Shown here: in pieces, positions 15,255 to 23,993 of the stretch
Layout: each line of letters opens with the position of its first letter
How positions within the stretch are numbered: the first letter of the stretch is position 1
Origin: a virus
Taxonomy: Duplodnaviria > Caudoviricetes
Virus record (IMG/VR): IMGVR_UViG_3300037153_000198
Coordinates: 1 to 28,768 of that record
Length of the DNA stretch: 28,768 nucleotides
Direction: 5' to 3' (one strand)
Translations under genes and position numbers: made by a program
The notes under the pieces: generated by a model
What the model was told of the DNA's origin: nothing
Databases searched by the model: none
Seen by the model: only the letters and a program-made list of their open reading frames with translations

Positions 15255-17419
15255 CCTACACGAAGCAGACGTGGACGGACGAGGTCACAGACGTCGACGC
15301 CGACCACATGACGCACATCGAGGACGGGATCGGCTCTCTCGACACCGGCAACGCAACAGCGAAGGGGCAGCCGAACGGGTACGCGCCGCTCGGCCCGGAC
15401 GGGATCGTCCCGTCGGTCAACCTGCCGTTGCAGACGCCGGGGCCAGTAGGCCCGGCCGGGCCTACAGGGCCGACAGGCCCGCAGGGGGCGACAGGGTTGC
15501 AGGGGCCGATCGGCCCGCAGGGGCCGACAGGCCCGCAGGGCGCGACCGGCACCGGGATCACGATGAAAGGCAGCGTCCCGAACACAGGGTCGCTTCCGGC
15601 GACCGGGAACCAGCAGGGTGACGCGTACATCGTCCAGGCGGACGACTCGCTTTGGATCTGGGACGGGACAGGCTGGGTCGGCGGCGGCTCGATCCAGGGG
15701 CCGCCCGGGTCGACCGGCGCGACAGGCCCGCAGGGGCCGCAAGGCCCGACCGGCGCGACCGGCGCGACCGGCGCGCAGGGGGTGCCTGGCGCCACAGGGG
15801 CGACCGGCCCGCAGGGGGCGCAGGGTGTCAAGGGCGACACCGGCGCGACCGGTGCGCAAGGCCCGCCGGGTGCCGCGAACGCCGCCTACACGGACACCTG
15901 GACATGGACGACGAAGACCGCGGACGCCGCGACCGCAGGCCAGGTCGGCGTCAATCAGGGCTTCGGCTCGATCGTCACTCAGATCAATCTCAACGAGAAG
16001 ACGACGAACAACGCTGACGTCACGAACTTTCTTGGCAGGGTCAAGGTCGGCGACTCGATCTATCTACAGCAGAAGACCGACTCCTCGCGCTGGGGCAGGT
16101 ACCAGATCACTTCTCCGCCTACCGATCAGGGCACGTGGTGGTCATGGCCGGTCACCTTCCTCGAAGGCGGCGGCAATCTCCCGAACGGAAACGCCGACGT
16201 CGCCGTCTCCTTCCTCACTCAGGGCGCCCAGGTCGAAGAGTGGATGGGGAACCCGGGTGCTCCCACCGGGTCGAGCGGCAAGGTCGGCGACTGGTATCTC
16301 GACTACACGTCCGGGGACGTGTACGAGAAGACCGCCGACACGGTCTGGACGTTGCGGTCGAACATCAAGGGGCCGATCGGCCCCGCCGGTGCGCAGGGGG
16401 TCGCGGGGCCGCAGGGGCCGCCCGGGTACCCGTCGACGACGGGGCAGCTTGGCGAGGTGTTGACGGTCACGACGGACGGTGGCGCGCCGACGTGGGAGCC
16501 GATCGGCGGCGCCGACGTGCTCGACTACATCGGCACCTACGACAACGCGCACGTCTACGACGACGGCGACTATGTGATCGGTCCGGACGGGGCGACGTAC
16601 GTGTGCGTCTCGAAGGGCACCGTCGGCGTGCCACCGTCACCGACAGGGTTCGGTGTCGTCGGCGGGGCCGTGCCGCCGGGCGGTACGAACGGCCAGGCGC
16701 TCGTGAAGAGGTCGGCGTCCGACTACGACTTGCAGTGGGCGGCGGCCGGTGCCGACCTGATCTACGACGGCGACTTCGCGGCAGGCCCGACGTATAAGGA
16801 CGGCGAGATCGTGGTGTCAGGCGGTGTCGCGTACATCTGTGTGACGCCGACCACGAGTCCGCCGTCTGCGTGGCCTGGCGGGCCGACGCTCGCGCCGTGG
16901 CCGAAGCCCACCTACGGCACGTCGCTGCCGACGAGTCCGGTCGACGGGCAAGAGGCAGTGCTTGTCGACTCGCTCACGAACCCGACCTATCAGTGGCGCT
17001 TCCGCTACAACGCTGGCTCTTCGAGCGCGTACAAGTGGGAATTCGTTGGCGGCCCCTCTCTGACTTCTGCGTCGGCAGCGTTCACAGTGTCCACGCTGAG
17101 TTCCTGGGTGCTGGGCCACTCATGGACGCCGCCGCGAGCAGGCGAATACTGGGTTGCCACAACGATGCAGGACGCAGGCGCTCCAAGCGGGACGCCTGGA
17201 TCTATGTATTCGGGTGTTGGCGTCAATGGGACATTCCAGGTTCAGAGCGGCGTCACTGCGGCGCAACTGAATCTCTGGGGCATGGCGTCCGGCTACCCGG
17301 TTCTCGTCACCGTTGCGACGGCAGGGCAGGCTCTCAATGCGTTCTGGCTCAAGACGCTCGCCGGGCAGGCGAACTGCGGGCAGACAACGATGACAGTCAC
17401 GCCGAAGCGGGTCGCATGA
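15251..17419 (+). CDS. Long tail fibre / receptor-binding protein A with collagen repeats (722 aa)
   Basis: N-terminal anchor, Gly-X-Y tracts, GKVGDWYLDYTSGDVYEK and VPPGGTNGQALVKRS fibre motifs, CBM-like repeats, 47-aa module plus tip. Confidence 0.85.
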   Translation: MTYTKQTWTDEVTDVDADHMTHIEDGIGSLDTGNATAKGQPNGYAPLGPDGIVPSVNLPLQTPGPVGPAGPTGPTGPQGATGLQGPIGPQGPTGPQGATGTGITMKGSVPNTGSLPATGNQQGDAYIVQADDSLWIWDGTGWVGGGSIQGPPGSTGATGPQGPQGPTGATGATGAQGVPGATGATGPQGAQGVKGDTGATGAQGPPGAANAAYTDTWTWTTKTADAATAGQVGVNQGFGSIVTQINLNEKTTNNADVTNFLGRVKVGDSIYLQQKTDSSRWGRYQITSPPTDQGTWWSWPVTFLEGGGNLPNGNADVAVSFLTQGAQVEEWMGNPGAPTGSSGKVGDWYLDYTSGDVYEKTADTVWTLRSNIKGPIGPAGAQGVAGPQGPPGYPSTTGQLGEVLTVTTDGGAPTWEPIGGADVLDYIGTYDNAHVYDDGDYVIGPDGATYVCVSKGTVGVPPSPTGFGVVGGAVPPGGTNGQALVKRSASDYDLQWAAAGADLIYDGDFAAGPTYKDGEIVVSGGVAYICVTPTTSPPSAWPGGPTLAPWPKPTYGTSLPTSPVDGQEAVLVDSLTNPTYQWRFRYNAGSSSAYKWEFVGGPSLTSASAAFTVSTLSSWVLGHSWTPPRAGEYWVATTMQDAGAPSGTPGSMYSGVGVNGTFQVQSGVTAAQLNLWGMASGYPVLVTVATAGQALNAFWLKTLAGQANCGQTTMTVTPKRVA
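16913..17053 (+). repeat. 47-codon module, copy 1
   Basis: YGTSLPTSPVDGQEAVLVDSLTNPTYQWRFRYNAGSSSAYKWEFVGG. Confidence 0.95.
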
Positions 17420-18108
17420 GCACTCCGAATCCTGCGACGACGCCGTGGGTGCCGCTCTGGAACCTGAATGGCGCATCAGGGATGCAGTACCGCGGCGCGT
17501 ACGCGGCCGCGACACAGTACGCCGACGGCGACATCGTCGTCTACAACGGCGTCGCCTACATGTGCGTCAGGCCGACGCAGAACCCGCCCGCCGTCTGGCC
17601 GATGGCACCGGGCACGTCCGCCTACGGGACGACACTCCCGGCGTCGCCGTACGACGGGCAGGAGGCGGTGCTGGTCGACAGCGTGACGAACCCGTCGTAT
17701 CAGTGGCGGTTTCGTTACAACGCGCAGTCCACGTCGGCGTACAAGTGGGAGTTCGTCGGCGGTTCGCGGCTCGTCATCTTCCCCGCTAACTACACGCCGC
17801 CCGCCACCGGGGCGTACTACACCGACGCGGCGGCAGGCGCGACGATCACTGTTCCTCGGGCGGGCTACTACGTCGCCGAGGCATACACGCAAGTCGGGGC
17901 GGCGGTCAATAGCGGGCAATACATGGGCTTTAGCCCATCTGACCGAATGGGAACGTGGGTGACAAGCACGTCCGAGGGGTTCGTCTTTCTTCAGCGGTTC
18001 TACACGTACACCGCAGGTCAGCAGGTGCAGAACGCCTTCTACTGCTCGTCGGCGCTGTCGGTGTTCGGCTCCCGCACGATGTCGATCCTGCCGGTGCGGG
18101 TGTCGTGA
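17416..18108 (+). CDS. Receptor-binding protein B (230 aa)
   Basis: ATGA-coupled; starts MSTPNPATTPWVPLW; CBM-like repeat, 47-aa module, tip. Confidence 0.8.
   Translation: MSTPNPATTPWVPLWNLNGASGMQYRGAYAAATQYADGDIVVYNGVAYMCVRPTQNPPAVWPMAPGTSAYGTTLPASPYDGQEAVLVDSVTNPSYQWRFRYNAQSTSAYKWEFVGGSRLVIFPANYTPPATGAYYTDAAAGATITVPRAGYYVAEAYTQVGAAVNSGQYMGFSPSDRMGTWVTSTSEGFVFLQRFYTYTAGQQVQNAFYCSSALSVFGSRTMSILPVRVS
17623..17763 (+). repeat. 47-codon module, copy 2
   Basis: YGTTLPASPYDGQEAVLVDSVTNPSYQWRFRYNAQSTSAYKWEFVGG; 40/47 identical to copy 1. Confidence 0.95.
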
Positions 18109-19163
18109 GCGTTCCCGATCCCGCAGCCGTCGACTGGGTGCCGATCTGGCCGACCGGCGGTGTTGTCCCGCCAGCCAACCCTTCGACGCGCGTGTACCGC
18201 GCGACGGCGCAGTCGATCCCGAACACCACCTGGACGCCGATCCAGTTCAGCACCGTCCGCTACGACAATGGTGGACAGTGGGCAGCGGGCCAGCCGACAC
18301 GGCTCACCTGCCAGGTCGCGGGCACTTACGCGGTCTGGGGCGCGGTGCAGTTCGTCCCGTCCACAGGCGGCGCGACCAGGGCGGCCGCCATCTGGAAGAA
18401 CGGGAACTACATCGCGACCGGCGGCATACAGGGGATCACGATCCCGGCCACTGGCGGCTACCCAATGGCGAACACGCCGACGCTGGTGCAACTCGCTGTC
18501 GGTGATTACATCGAGATCGCGGCCTACCAGGACAGCGGCGCGGCCCTGAACACGAACGTCAGCGATGCGGGTACCAGTCAGCACGCGTGCGAGCTTGCGA
18601 TGGCGCTCGTGGGCGGGATGCAAGGCCCGGCAGGCCCGGGCACGCCCAGCTACGGCACGAGCCTGCCCGCGTCCCCGGCTGACGGGCAGGAGGCGATCCT
18701 CGTGGACTCGCTGACCAATCCGTCCTACCAGTGGCGCTTCCGCTACAACGCTGGATCCTCGTCGGCGTACAAGTGGGAGTACATCGGCGGTAACCCGTGG
18801 TTCGCGACCGCCTACGTCGGCACCTGGCAGCAGTTCTCCGGTAGCTCGAACTGGGTGGTCGCGAATCCGGGGCTGGCCGTTCCGCGAGCGGGCGACTACT
18901 GGATCAACTGGAGCGCCCAATTCAACTCGAATCAGACCAACACCCTTATGCAGATGGGGGCGGGTGTCGGCGGCGCGGCGGTCGGAGTACAGCAGGCGAT
19001 GACACCGACCCAGGTCGCCAACTCGAACATGTCCGCGATGTTCCACCAGAAGATCACCGGTATCGGCGCAGGGCAGGCGTTGCAACCGGCGGTATGGGCG
19101 AACCAGAGTATCTCGCAGTTGGCGAACATGGTCTGCCAGATCTATCCGGCGCGTGTGTCGTGA
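18105..19163 (+). CDS. Receptor-binding protein C with C1q-like domain (352 aa)
   Basis: GTGA-coupled; starts MSVPDPAAVDWVPIW; IQFSTVRYDNGG...TCQVAGTY...VQLAVGDYIEI is a C1q-like pattern; 47-aa module plus tip. Confidence 0.8.
   Translation: MSVPDPAAVDWVPIWPTGGVVPPANPSTRVYRATAQSIPNTTWTPIQFSTVRYDNGGQWAAGQPTRLTCQVAGTYAVWGAVQFVPSTGGATRAAAIWKNGNYIATGGIQGITIPATGGYPMANTPTLVQLAVGDYIEIAAYQDSGAALNTNVSDAGTSQHACELAMALVGGMQGPAGPGTPSYGTSLPASPADGQEAILVDSLTNPSYQWRFRYNAGSSSAYKWEYIGGNPWFATAYVGTWQQFSGSSNWVVANPGLAVPRAGDYWINWSAQFNSNQTNTLMQMGAGVGGAAVGVQQAMTPTQVANSNMSAMFHQKITGIGAGQALQPAVWANQSISQLANMVCQIYPARVS
18651..18791 (+). repeat. 47-codon module, copy 3
   Basis: YGTSLPASPADGQEAILVDSLTNPSYQWRFRYNAGSSSAYKWEYIGG; 41/47 identical to copy 1. 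Confidence 0.95.
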
Positions 19164-19921
19164 GCGTCGATCCGCTCGCCGTCCCGAACCCGGCCACCAC
19201 GAAATGGGTGCCCGTCGCCGGGATCGTCGGCTCCGGCGGAGGCGCAGGGATCCCGCTCGGCGCGGTCGCAAGCTGGCCGTGGGCTGCCGCGCAGCTTCCC
19301 GCCGGGATGCTGCTCCCGTACGGGCAGCTTCTCCTCGCTTCCGCCTACCCGGACTTGCAGGTGATCGCGGACGCGTCAGGCAGGCCGTACGGCGGCGCCG
19401 CCGGGACGAACTTCAACCTTCCCGACTACCGGGGCCGCATCGGTGTCGGCAAAGACGACATGGGCGGTACGGCGGCGAACAGGATCACGGCCGCGATCTC
19501 AGGGGCGGACGGGAAGCTGCTGGGGGCGGTGTTCGGGGCGGAGGGGATCACGTTGACGACGGGGCAGCTTCCCGCGCACAACCACACGGGCACGACCGAC
19601 GGCGAGAACGTCGACCATTCGCACGGCGTCAACATCAACACCGGCACCGTGTCAGCCGATCACTCCCACAACGTCACCTACTACCGGTCGAGCGGCAACA
19701 TCGACCGCACGGAGCCGGGCAAGGCGTCGGACATCGACACGTCGAACACCTGGGCGACCAGCGGCATCTCCGCGAACCACTACCACGGCGTGGTAGGCCA
19801 GACGGCGGGGCGTTCAGCCGGACACACGCACACGTTCACGACAGCGACCATCGGCTCCGGTTCTGCGCATCAGAACACGCAGCCGTCGATCGTCGTCAAC
19901 CAGTTCCTGCGAGCAGCCTAG
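19160..19921 (+). CDS. Tail-collar-domain fibre protein D (253 aa)
   Basis: IPLGAV...FNLPDYRGRIGVG collar motif, LTTGQLPAHNH, five HxH motifs, AHQNTQPSIVVN C-terminus. Confidence 0.85.
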   Translation: MSVDPLAVPNPATTKWVPVAGIVGSGGGAGIPLGAVASWPWAAAQLPAGMLLPYGQLLLASAYPDLQVIADASGRPYGGAAGTNFNLPDYRGRIGVGKDDMGGTAANRITAAISGADGKLLGAVFGAEGITLTTGQLPAHNHTGTTDGENVDHSHGVNINTGTVSADHSHNVTYYRSSGNIDRTEPGKASDIDTSNTWATSGISANHYHGVVGQTAGRSAGHTHTFTTATIGSGSAHQNTQPSIVVNQFLRAA

Positions 19922-19930
19922 GAGGCCCGG

Positions 19931-20200
19931 ATGCGGATCGTGAACAGGCAGGCGCGTGAAGCCTACGAGGCGGAGCTTGTGCGCCTGGACGAGCGCCACC
20001 ATGCGGCGCTCGCGGAGCTTGAGACGCGCAAGCCTGTCCCGATTGAGCTTGAGCAGCTTGCCGTCGACGCGGAGCCGATCATGCACGGCAAGGCGGCGGT
20101 GATGCCGGGCATGTTCTACGGCTACGACGAGCAGGGCGGCACGCTCGTGATCAACCCGGCCGAGATCGGGCCGGGAGAGTTCTGGGAGGAAGCGGGCTGA
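19931..20200 (+). CDS. Hypothetical protein (89 aa)
   Basis: SD AGGAGG; possible fibre-assembly chaperone by position only. Confidence 0.65.
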   Translation: MRIVNRQAREAYEAELVRLDERHHAALAELETRKPVPIELEQLAVDAEPIMHGKAAVMPGMFYGYDEQGGTLVINPAEIGPGEFWEEAG

Positions 20201-20491
20201 ATGTTGGTTCACCCGGTTGAGAGGCTGCGCCGCATCTGGACGCCCGGCCGCGAGGTCGAAGAGGTGGTCGCGAAGCTGGGGCCGGGCAGCGAGTTGGACT
20301 CGATGATCCGGCACTTCCTGCACGCGGTTGTGCAGCAGAACGGGACGCAACGCGTCCAGCTTGGCAGCGAGGCGTTCCCGCTGGAGAACACGGGGACGCT
20401 GCGCTGGGAGACGGTTCACGGCCCCGGCCCGACGCCGGAGTTTCGTTCGCGCGAAGTGACGCTCTGGATCGAACAAGAAGGGGGTGGGTGA
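20201..20491 (+). CDS. Hypothetical protein (96 aa)
   Basis: Abuts previous stop (TGA ATG); TGATG overlap downstream. Confidence 0.55.
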   Translation: MLVHPVERLRRIWTPGREVEEVVAKLGPGSELDSMIRHFLHAVVQQNGTQRVQLGSEAFPLENTGTLRWETVHGPGPTPEFRSREVTLWIEQEGGG

Positions 20492-20580
20492 TGGTTCTCA
20501 CGAAATCGGAGATCGCGCTGATCACGATCGCGGTCTGCTTCGTGCTCTTCCTGCTCTTCGGGAACAACTGGGTGTCCTGA
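20491..20580 (+). CDS. Single-TM peptide (29 aa; not in ORF track)
   Basis: MVLTKSEIALITIAVCFVLFLLFGNNWVS; TGATG coupling. Confidence 0.5.
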   Translation: MVLTKSEIALITIAVCFVLFLLFGNNWVS

Positions 20581-20584
20581 CCCT

Positions 20585-21454
20585 GTGACGTACGTCAAGC
20601 AGATCTGGCAGGACGACGTCACGGACGCGGACGCCGCCCACATGAACCACATCGAGGACGGCCTCGTCGCCCTCGACGCCGCCCTGGCTGCTGCGATCCC
20701 ACCGGTGGTGAACGGGAAATGGTTGAAAGGTGTGGGCGGTGTCGCCGTCTGGTCGGACATCACGGCGGCGGACGTGATCGGCGGGGGAACCGGCGGCGGC
20801 GGCACGATCCCGGGCGAGATCAAGATGTGGCCTGGAGGGGCGTTGCCGCTGATCAGCGACTACGGCCGCTGGGTGTGGGCGGACGGGGCGGCCTACGACG
20901 CGGCGTCGTTTCCGAAGGCGGCGCAGGCGATCCATCCGAACTGGAAGACGCACGGCGGTAAAGCGGATCCCGGCGCGGGCAGGTTCCGGGTGCCGGATCT
21001 GCGCGGGCAGACGCCGATCGGGATGGACGGGATGCCGGGCGGGTCGCGGGCGAACCGTGTCACCAGGGCATCCGGGGCGACGCTCGCGGCTGTCACCGGC
21101 GAGGAGTACCACACGCTCTCGCTCGCCGAGATGGCGTCGCACGGACACTCGATCAGCGACCCGACGCACGCCCATTCCGTGTACGACCCGCCGCATTCCC
21201 ACCTCAGCGCCTACATCGACAACGGCCGCAACGACTGGTTCGGCCAGGGCCAGGGTGGCCTGTACTCGGGCGGCGGTGGCGACAACTTCGGTGTCGGCGC
21301 CCCCTACTTCAGGACGAGCGGGGAGGCAACCGGGGTCGCCATCTACGGGGCCGCGACCGGGATCACCGGCACGAACAGCGCCGGTGGCGGCGGCGCGCAC
21401 GAGAATCTGCCGACGGCGACGTTCGTCCCGTACATCGTGAAACTGGACGACTGA
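20585..21454 (+). CDS. Tail-collar-domain fibre protein E (289 aa)
   Basis: N-terminal anchor shared with 15251 gene; IPGEIKMW...FRVPDLRG collar; HxH motifs; AHENLP...YIVKL C-terminus. Confidence 0.85.
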   Translation: MTYVKQIWQDDVTDADAAHMNHIEDGLVALDAALAAAIPPVVNGKWLKGVGGVAVWSDITAADVIGGGTGGGGTIPGEIKMWPGGALPLISDYGRWVWADGAAYDAASFPKAAQAIHPNWKTHGGKADPGAGRFRVPDLRGQTPIGMDGMPGGSRANRVTRASGATLAAVTGEEYHTLSLAEMASHGHSISDPTHAHSVYDPPHSHLSAYIDNGRNDWFGQGQGGLYSGGGGDNFGVGAPYFRTSGEATGVAIYGAATGITGTNSAGGGGAHENLPTATFVPYIVKLDD

Positions 21455-21465
21455 GAGGAGGATCC

Positions 21466-22140
21466 GTGAACCTCGCGCAGTTGAAGACGCGCGTGTCCCG
21501 CACCCTCGGGATCGCGCTCGGAACCTCGGACGACGCGATCGACGAGGACAACCTCCTCTCCGAGCTTGCCAACGAGGCTGTCGTAGACCTGTGCTCGCGC
21601 ACCCGCGTGAACGTCCGGGACGCGCTGATCCCGCTCACCCAGGGGACTGTCGAGTTCGACGTCGACGACTCGCTGATCCTGCGCATGCACCGGATGCAGC
21701 GCGGCACGACCTGGTTGCAGGAGCAGCCCCTCGACATGCTCGACGAGTACGGGTACGCCTGGGTCGGCTACAACCGGTTCCAGCTTGGCCTGGCCGGGGC
21801 AGCCGGTGAAGAGCTTCACGTCTGGTACACGCCGACGCCGGATCCGCTGGCGACCGACACGGACGACCCGTCCCTGCCGAACTTCGGCCGCATCCCGGTG
21901 AACCATCACCGGGGGATCCTCAACTACATGTGCTGGCACGCCGCCGACAAGGCCGGGGACGAACAGGTGGGCAGGGGCGAGCGCTACCGGGTCTACTACG
22001 AGGGCCAGGACGGCCTCGGCGGCCCCGGCTCAGACCTGGGCCGCCTGAAGTCGGAGACGAACAAGCGCTCCGGCGGCGTCCGTGTCCGACGGTACCGTGA
22101 CAGTCTCGCCTCCGACCAGGACAGCCGCTACTACGTCTGA
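21466..22140 (+). CDS. Putative head-tail adaptor (224 aa)
   Basis: SD GAGGAGG; MNLAQLKTRV...LANEAVVDL N-terminus and IPVNHHRGILNY motif typical of podoviral adaptors; synteny. Confidence 0.7.
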   Translation: MNLAQLKTRVSRTLGIALGTSDDAIDEDNLLSELANEAVVDLCSRTRVNVRDALIPLTQGTVEFDVDDSLILRMHRMQRGTTWLQEQPLDMLDEYGYAWVGYNRFQLGLAGAAGEELHVWYTPTPDPLATDTDDPSLPNFGRIPVNHHRGILNYMCWHAADKAGDEQVGRGERYRVYYEGQDGLGGPGSDLGRLKSETNKRSGGVRVRRYRDSLASDQDSRYYV

Positions 22141-23606
22141 TGGCTGATCTGACGCCACTGCTGAAAGAGGTCGCCGGGATCTACGTCGACCGTGCCCGGG
22201 ACAGGCTGCCGGACGGGTCGGTGTGGCAGATGACCGACTGGGTGCCGGAGTCGCTTCAGGCGGGGGTGCGGATGCGGGGCCGTTGGACGTGGCAGTCGGT
22301 CGCGCTCTCCGCCGGGCCGGACGGGATGATCTACGCGCCCTACTCGACCGGCTCCCGGCTGCTCTCCGCCTGCGGGGCGAGCCTGTACAACATTCCTCTC
22401 GCGTCGGTCGGCGGCACCGCGGTCGGCACGATCCCGGCGACGAAGCAGAACCCGGTGTTCCACCGGAACACGGTGATCATCCCGGCGGCGTCCGGCTCCT
22501 CCCCGGCGAAACGCGTCACGTTTGACGGGACGACGTTCGGGTTCGCCGACGAGGACGCGTCCGCGCTGACCGGGCGCTACGCGTGCGTGTTCAAGGACAG
22601 GCTCGTGCTCGGAGGCTCGGCGGGGCAGCCGTCACGGCTCGCGTTCTCGAAGGTCGGGAACCCGGCGGGGGCGTGGGATGCGATCTCGCTGTTCGACACC
22701 GCGTACGACCTGACCGGGCTGGCCGCCCAGAGGACACAAGTGCTCTGCTTCCACGCGTCCTCGGTTGAGCGTTTGCGCGGCACGACACCGCCGGATTCGA
22801 CGCTGACCAACCAGAAGGGTGACATGACCCTGGACGTCCTCTTTGACCGTGCGGGCTGCTACGACGCACGCTCGATCGCCGCCTGGAACGACAACATCCT
22901 GTTCTGTGACGCGCGCGGCATCTTCCTCACCGACGGCGCCGTCGTCCGCAACGTCACAGACCAGGCCGGGATGATGAACGAGTGGCGGCTCACGTTCAAG
23001 CGTGGCGGCAATCCGCCCTTGTCTGTCGCCGGTGTCGTTCACCAGGACTACTACCTGTGCTGCGTCCGTAACAGCGGCTACCCGCCGGTCACGTTCGTCA
23101 CCGATCTTCCGTCGCGGCGCATGTTCAAGCTGTCGAACATCGACGCCACCTGCTTCGCGTTCTCAATCGGGACAACAGAGGAGCTTTACAGTTGCGACAC
23201 GGCAACCAAACGGGTCACGTACCTGACGAACATGTTCGTCCCCGACTCGACCGTGTTGCAGATCGACGACAACTCGACACCTGTGCTGCCGACGATCTCG
23301 ACCGGCTGGTCGCGTCTGACGAAAGCGGAAGGGTTCAAGCGGATCCACGACATGCACGTCGCCTACGAGGCGCACCGTGACGACGACGTCGAAGTGTGGC
23401 GGGCGTTCTACACGAACGCCCCCTCGGGGATAGATCAAGCGCTCGGCGAGTTCCGCACGAAGAACCAGTACGGCCGCTCGAAGATCGCGGTGCGGAGGCG
23501 GCTGCCCGGGTTCGCGACGACGCTAACCCAGCTTGTGCCGACGAAGGATTCCCGCCTGTACGAGATCTCGTTGCGTGCCTACCCGGAGGAGCCGTCCCGC
23601 CTGTGA
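22140..23606 (+). CDS. Putative tail nozzle / stabilisation protein, beta-propeller-like (488 aa)
   Basis: VFKDRLVLGG...RLAFSKVGNP..W and GCYDARSI motifs; follows adaptor. Confidence 0.75.
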   Translation: MADLTPLLKEVAGIYVDRARDRLPDGSVWQMTDWVPESLQAGVRMRGRWTWQSVALSAGPDGMIYAPYSTGSRLLSACGASLYNIPLASVGGTAVGTIPATKQNPVFHRNTVIIPAASGSSPAKRVTFDGTTFGFADEDASALTGRYACVFKDRLVLGGSAGQPSRLAFSKVGNPAGAWDAISLFDTAYDLTGLAAQRTQVLCFHASSVERLRGTTPPDSTLTNQKGDMTLDVLFDRAGCYDARSIAAWNDNILFCDARGIFLTDGAVVRNVTDQAGMMNEWRLTFKRGGNPPLSVAGVVHQDYYLCCVRNSGYPPVTFVTDLPSRRMFKLSNIDATCFAFSIGTTEELYSCDTATKRVTYLTNMFVPDSTVLQIDDNSTPVLPTISTGWSRLTKAEGFKRIHDMHVAYEAHRDDDVEVWRAFYTNAPSGIDQALGEFRTKNQYGRSKIAVRRRLPGFATTLTQLVPTKDSRLYEISLRAYPEEPSRL

Positions 23607-23974
23607 GCGACATCTCCTATTCGGACGCGCCGAAGCCGCTCACCCAGCGGGAACGCGACCTGGTCAGACGGATCTTCTCGGACTGGATGGAGGTGCCGGG
23701 CGAATGGAAGGGGTCGCTGCGCTCCTACCTGGAGTCGGATCCGCCGGTGCTCGGGCCGACCGCCCTCGGCAGCCCGACGACGCTGATGGACGCGATCGTG
23801 CGCGACGCCGACGGCAGGCTGGGCGTGAGCGAAGGGTTCGCGGTGAACGCCAACGCGCAGTCCGAGGCGGCGACCTCCTTGTATGTCAACATCAACGGCA
23901 ACCTGTTGCAGGTGCGGGTCGGGCAAGCCGGGTCTGGCCCTGGAGGCCAAGGGCGCGTGCTCTGGGTCGACTGA
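23603..23974 (+). CDS. Hypothetical tail-associated protein (123 aa)
   Basis: GTGA-coupled start inside track ORF 23396..23974. Confidence 0.65.
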   Translation: MSDISYSDAPKPLTQRERDLVRRIFSDWMEVPGEWKGSLRSYLESDPPVLGPTALGSPTTLMDAIVRDADGRLGVSEGFAVNANAQSEAATSLYVNINGNLLQVRVGQAGSGPGGQGRVLWVD

Positions 23975-23993
23975 GGAAACGGAGGAGTAACTG

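Noticed and set aside
15440-15872. Tandem 9-nt DNA repeats as a contingency locus
   Set aside because: Fully explained by collagen Gly-X-Y coding
16913-19163. Diversity-generating retroelement acting on fibre tips
   Set aside because: No reverse transcriptase in the window; repeat differences are not adenine-specific; the repeated part is the constant region and no template repeat of a tip is seen
15251-21454. Invertible shufflon
   Set aside because: All cassettes are direct, same-strand, complete genes with own starts; no recombinase or inverted crossover sites seen
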